Below, piece after piece: positions 60,743 to 64,000 of a DNA stretch of 64,000 bases (position 1 is the first letter of the stretch; every line of letters starts with the position of its first letter). The stretch is from assembly GCF_009914755.1 (NCBI RefSeq), contig NC_060942.1. One strand, 5' to 3'. Origin of the DNA: the human T2T-CHM13v2.0 reference genome, Homo sapiens. Below the pieces are notes generated by a model. The model had not been told where the DNA came from. It saw only the letters and a program-made list of their open reading frames with translations, and ran no database searches. Made by a program: the position numbers and the translations under genes.

Positions 60743-62914
60743 CTATATAATGGGAAAGAAGCAAGCAGTAAAGAAGTACTTAAAGTTAGTAAAACAAATT
60801 TTAGGTTATGCTCTTCTATTGAATTTTAAATATTTGTGGTGAAACTTACTATACAAGATAATCTTACTAGATAGGAGACTAATATAGCAAAATTCTAATA
60901 GGTAATGGGATTTACACTTAACGGTAAATTAATAAAAACTTAAAATTAGTTACAAATGACCCAAAATGTCTTGAGAAGATATTAAAACTACATTTTTTTA
61001 AAGAAATTGGTCATTCCTAGAAAGTGTTTCTGTAAGACAAAGGGTATTCTGTGAGAATAATTTGGATGAATGATTTCTGTAATTTCAGTTCAGTAGTGCC
61101 TGGGAAATCAATGTAAATTACAATGAGTAAAAATATCATTTCAGATAATAAACTTTTAGAAAAATATCTAAATTAAAATGTTGTTTCCTTCCTAGTAGCT
61201 ATACTGTTGGAAAGTACAAATATAGAACATTGATTATCATAGAAAGTTCTACTGGACAACACTAAACTGTAGTGTCTTGAGAGGTGACTATAAATTAAAA
61301 TGTTATTTCCTTTCTAGCTAAAATTCTGTATGTTGAATAATAAACTATTTCTCCATCTTTCTCTGGTGTGATTCTAGAATCCTAAACTAGCCTTCATTAT
61401 ACATTTTTTAAAAGTGTTTTTTCTCTGATCAAAGTTACAAGAAAATTGGTATCAACAACAAAGCAGAGAATTTCTTTTTGAAATTTTCATTACATTATTT
61501 TTTATTAAAGAAGTATTCTAAATTAAGAAAACTGTATACATACCAAAAATCATAAAAAATAATATAATCCATATTTATTCTTCAGAGATCAAATAGAATA
61601 GTCTAATGATATTTTAATTCTTATAAAATTAGAGTCACAATTATACATTCTGCTTTAGTTACTTGAAATTATTTTCAGTGTATTTTACTACCATTTCATA
61701 TTTCTAATGGCTACAAATTATTTTTCTTGTCATTGTTCCACAACTTATCTAGGTAACTCTGTCAATTCCAAGGTCAGAGAAATATCCTTTATATTTTCTT
61801 CCTTTAGTTTTCATATTTATTTCAGAATATTTTTGTTGAAAAGTATATTTTTTCTGATTTTTCTTTTAAAAAATTGAAAAATAATTGTCCCAGCATCAAC
61901 TATTAAATAGTACTTTCCCTGCTGGCTTAATACCATTTACATGATATAGTAAATTATTATACATAATTAGATCATTTTGTGTATTATCTTCTAAAGTTCG
62001 GTTAATTCTTGGACCAGTAAAATTCTATGCTAATTTTTCTATTTTTTTAATTGAGCCAAAGTCTCATAACATATTAAACATTTGAAAGTGGAAACTTTAG
62101 TGGCATTTAATACATTCACAACATCGTACAACTATCATCCCATCTCATTCCAATATATTTTCATCACTCCAAAAGAACATATGCTACTTATTAAGCAGTC
62201 TCTCCCCTTTCTTCAACCCACTATCCCATAGCAATGACTAATCTGCTGTCTTTGTGGATGAACTTTCATGAATATTTTATAGAAATGTAATCATATAAGT
62301 GACCTTTCGTGACTTTTTAACTTAGCATAATAGTTTCAAGATTTCTCCATGTTGCAGTATGTAGAAGAATTTTATTTCTTTTAATGGTGGAATAATATTC
62401 CATTGTGTATATACAACACATTTGGTTATCTATTAATCCATTGATGGATTTGGGGATTGTGTCCACCTTTTGGCTATTGTGAATATAGATGTTATACACA
62501 TTTGTATATGAGTTTTTGTTTGAACATGTTTTGAATCCTTTTGGGTATATATCTTGCAGTCAAATTGCTGAGTGATAGGTAATTCTAGGTTTCACTTTTT
62601 GAGGAGCCGACAAACTGTTTCTCGGTATCTAAACTATTTTATATTCACGCCAGCAATATGCAAGGGTTCTAATGTTGAAGAAAAGTGGAAAGAGTGGGCA
62701 TCCTTGTTTTGCTCCTGTTCTTAAGATAAAAACTTTCAGTCTTCACCATCAGGTATAATATAAACTAAGGGTTTCTCATAAATATCCTTTATTGTGTTTA
62801 ATAAAGTTCCCTTACAATCTAGTTTTACTAAAGGTGTGGGCTTGTGTCACATGTTAACTAATTTTCGTATGCTAAACCACTCTTGCATTTCTAGGATAAA
62901 TCTCACTGATCATG

Positions 62915-62915
<1 letters not shown>

Positions 62916-62952
<37 letters not shown>
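62916..62952. repeat. (TG)n microsatellite
   Basis: About 18 units next to an Alu tail. Confidence 0.95.
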
Positions 62953-62955
<3 letters not shown>

Positions 62956-62956
62956 G

Positions 62957-63295
<339 letters not shown>

Positions 63296-63325
63296 TGATA
63301 GTATTTTGTTGAGGATTTTGTCATT

Positions 63326-63621
63326 TTTTGTTTGTTTGTTTTGTTTTGTTGCCCAGGCTGAAGTACAGTGGCACAATCACAGTTCACTGTAAACTTGACC
63401 TCCTGGGCTCAAGCAATCCTCCAAACTCAGTCTCTGGAGTAGCTAAGACTACTGGCATGCGCCACCACACCTGGCTCATTTTTTCATTGTTGTTGTTTGT
63501 TTGTAGAGATGGGTTTTGATTATGTTGCCTAGGCTTGTCTCAAACTTCTGGGCTCAAGTGATCCTCTGCCTTGGCCTCCCAAAGTACTTGGATTACAGGT
63601 TGTGAGCTACTGTGCCCGGCC
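63326..63621 (-). mobile_element. AluJ
   Basis: CTCCTGGGCTCAAGCAATCC and TTCTGGGCTCAAGTGATCC; flanked by TGTCAT on both sides. Confidence 0.88.
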
Positions 63622-64000
63622 TGTCATGTATATTCAGATATATTCTATAGTTTGCTTCTGATGTCTTTGTCTGGTTTCACTATCATGTTATTGCTGGGCT
63701 CATAGGATGACTTAGAAATTATTCTCTTCTTTTCTATTTTTTGGAAGAGTTTGAGAAGGACTGATGTTAATTCTTCTTTCAATGTTTAGTAGAATTTACC
63801 AGTGGAGCCATCTGGTCCTGAGATTTTTTTTGTTGGGGAAATTTTTGATTATTGATTCAATCACTTTATTTGTCATAGTTCTGTTCAGGTTTTCTACCCC
63901 TTCCTGAGACAGTTTTAGTAGTTTATGTGTTTTTAAGAATTAGTCCCTTTCATCTTCGTTATTTAGTTTGTTGATACCCATTTGTTCCTAGTATCCTCTT

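Overview
Human genomic DNA: it carries diagnostic AluYa5 and AluYb8 copies, which are human-specific subfamilies. The window lies inside a large minus-strand gene. Five GT-AG exons (60657-60742, 57978-58178, 44945-45165, 35267-35409, 4948-5101) splice phase-compatibly into one open coiled-coil frame (SRTSSTKDLK...EMETLLSEAIRLIK...NELHSLSKM), which I recognise from memory as CCDC178 (C18orf34). The rest is intronic and dominated by transposable elements: about 13 Alus, many L1 pieces (two with twin-priming 5' inversions), three full-length MaLRs (MST, THE1D, THE1A), older LTRs, MER3, MER5 and MADE1. It also holds a 13.7-kb decayed ERV1 provirus inside a five-deep LTR nest whose innermost element is a CpG-rich LTR12C antisense to the gene. 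Nearly all ORFs in the supplied track are repeat-derived. I found no convincing new biological system. The best leads are the LTR nest with its LTR12C promoter, a near-perfect 84-nt hairpin, several templated-insertion scars, two very young Alus and a coding A10 tract. Repeat subfamily names are from recalled consensus features, not from a search.
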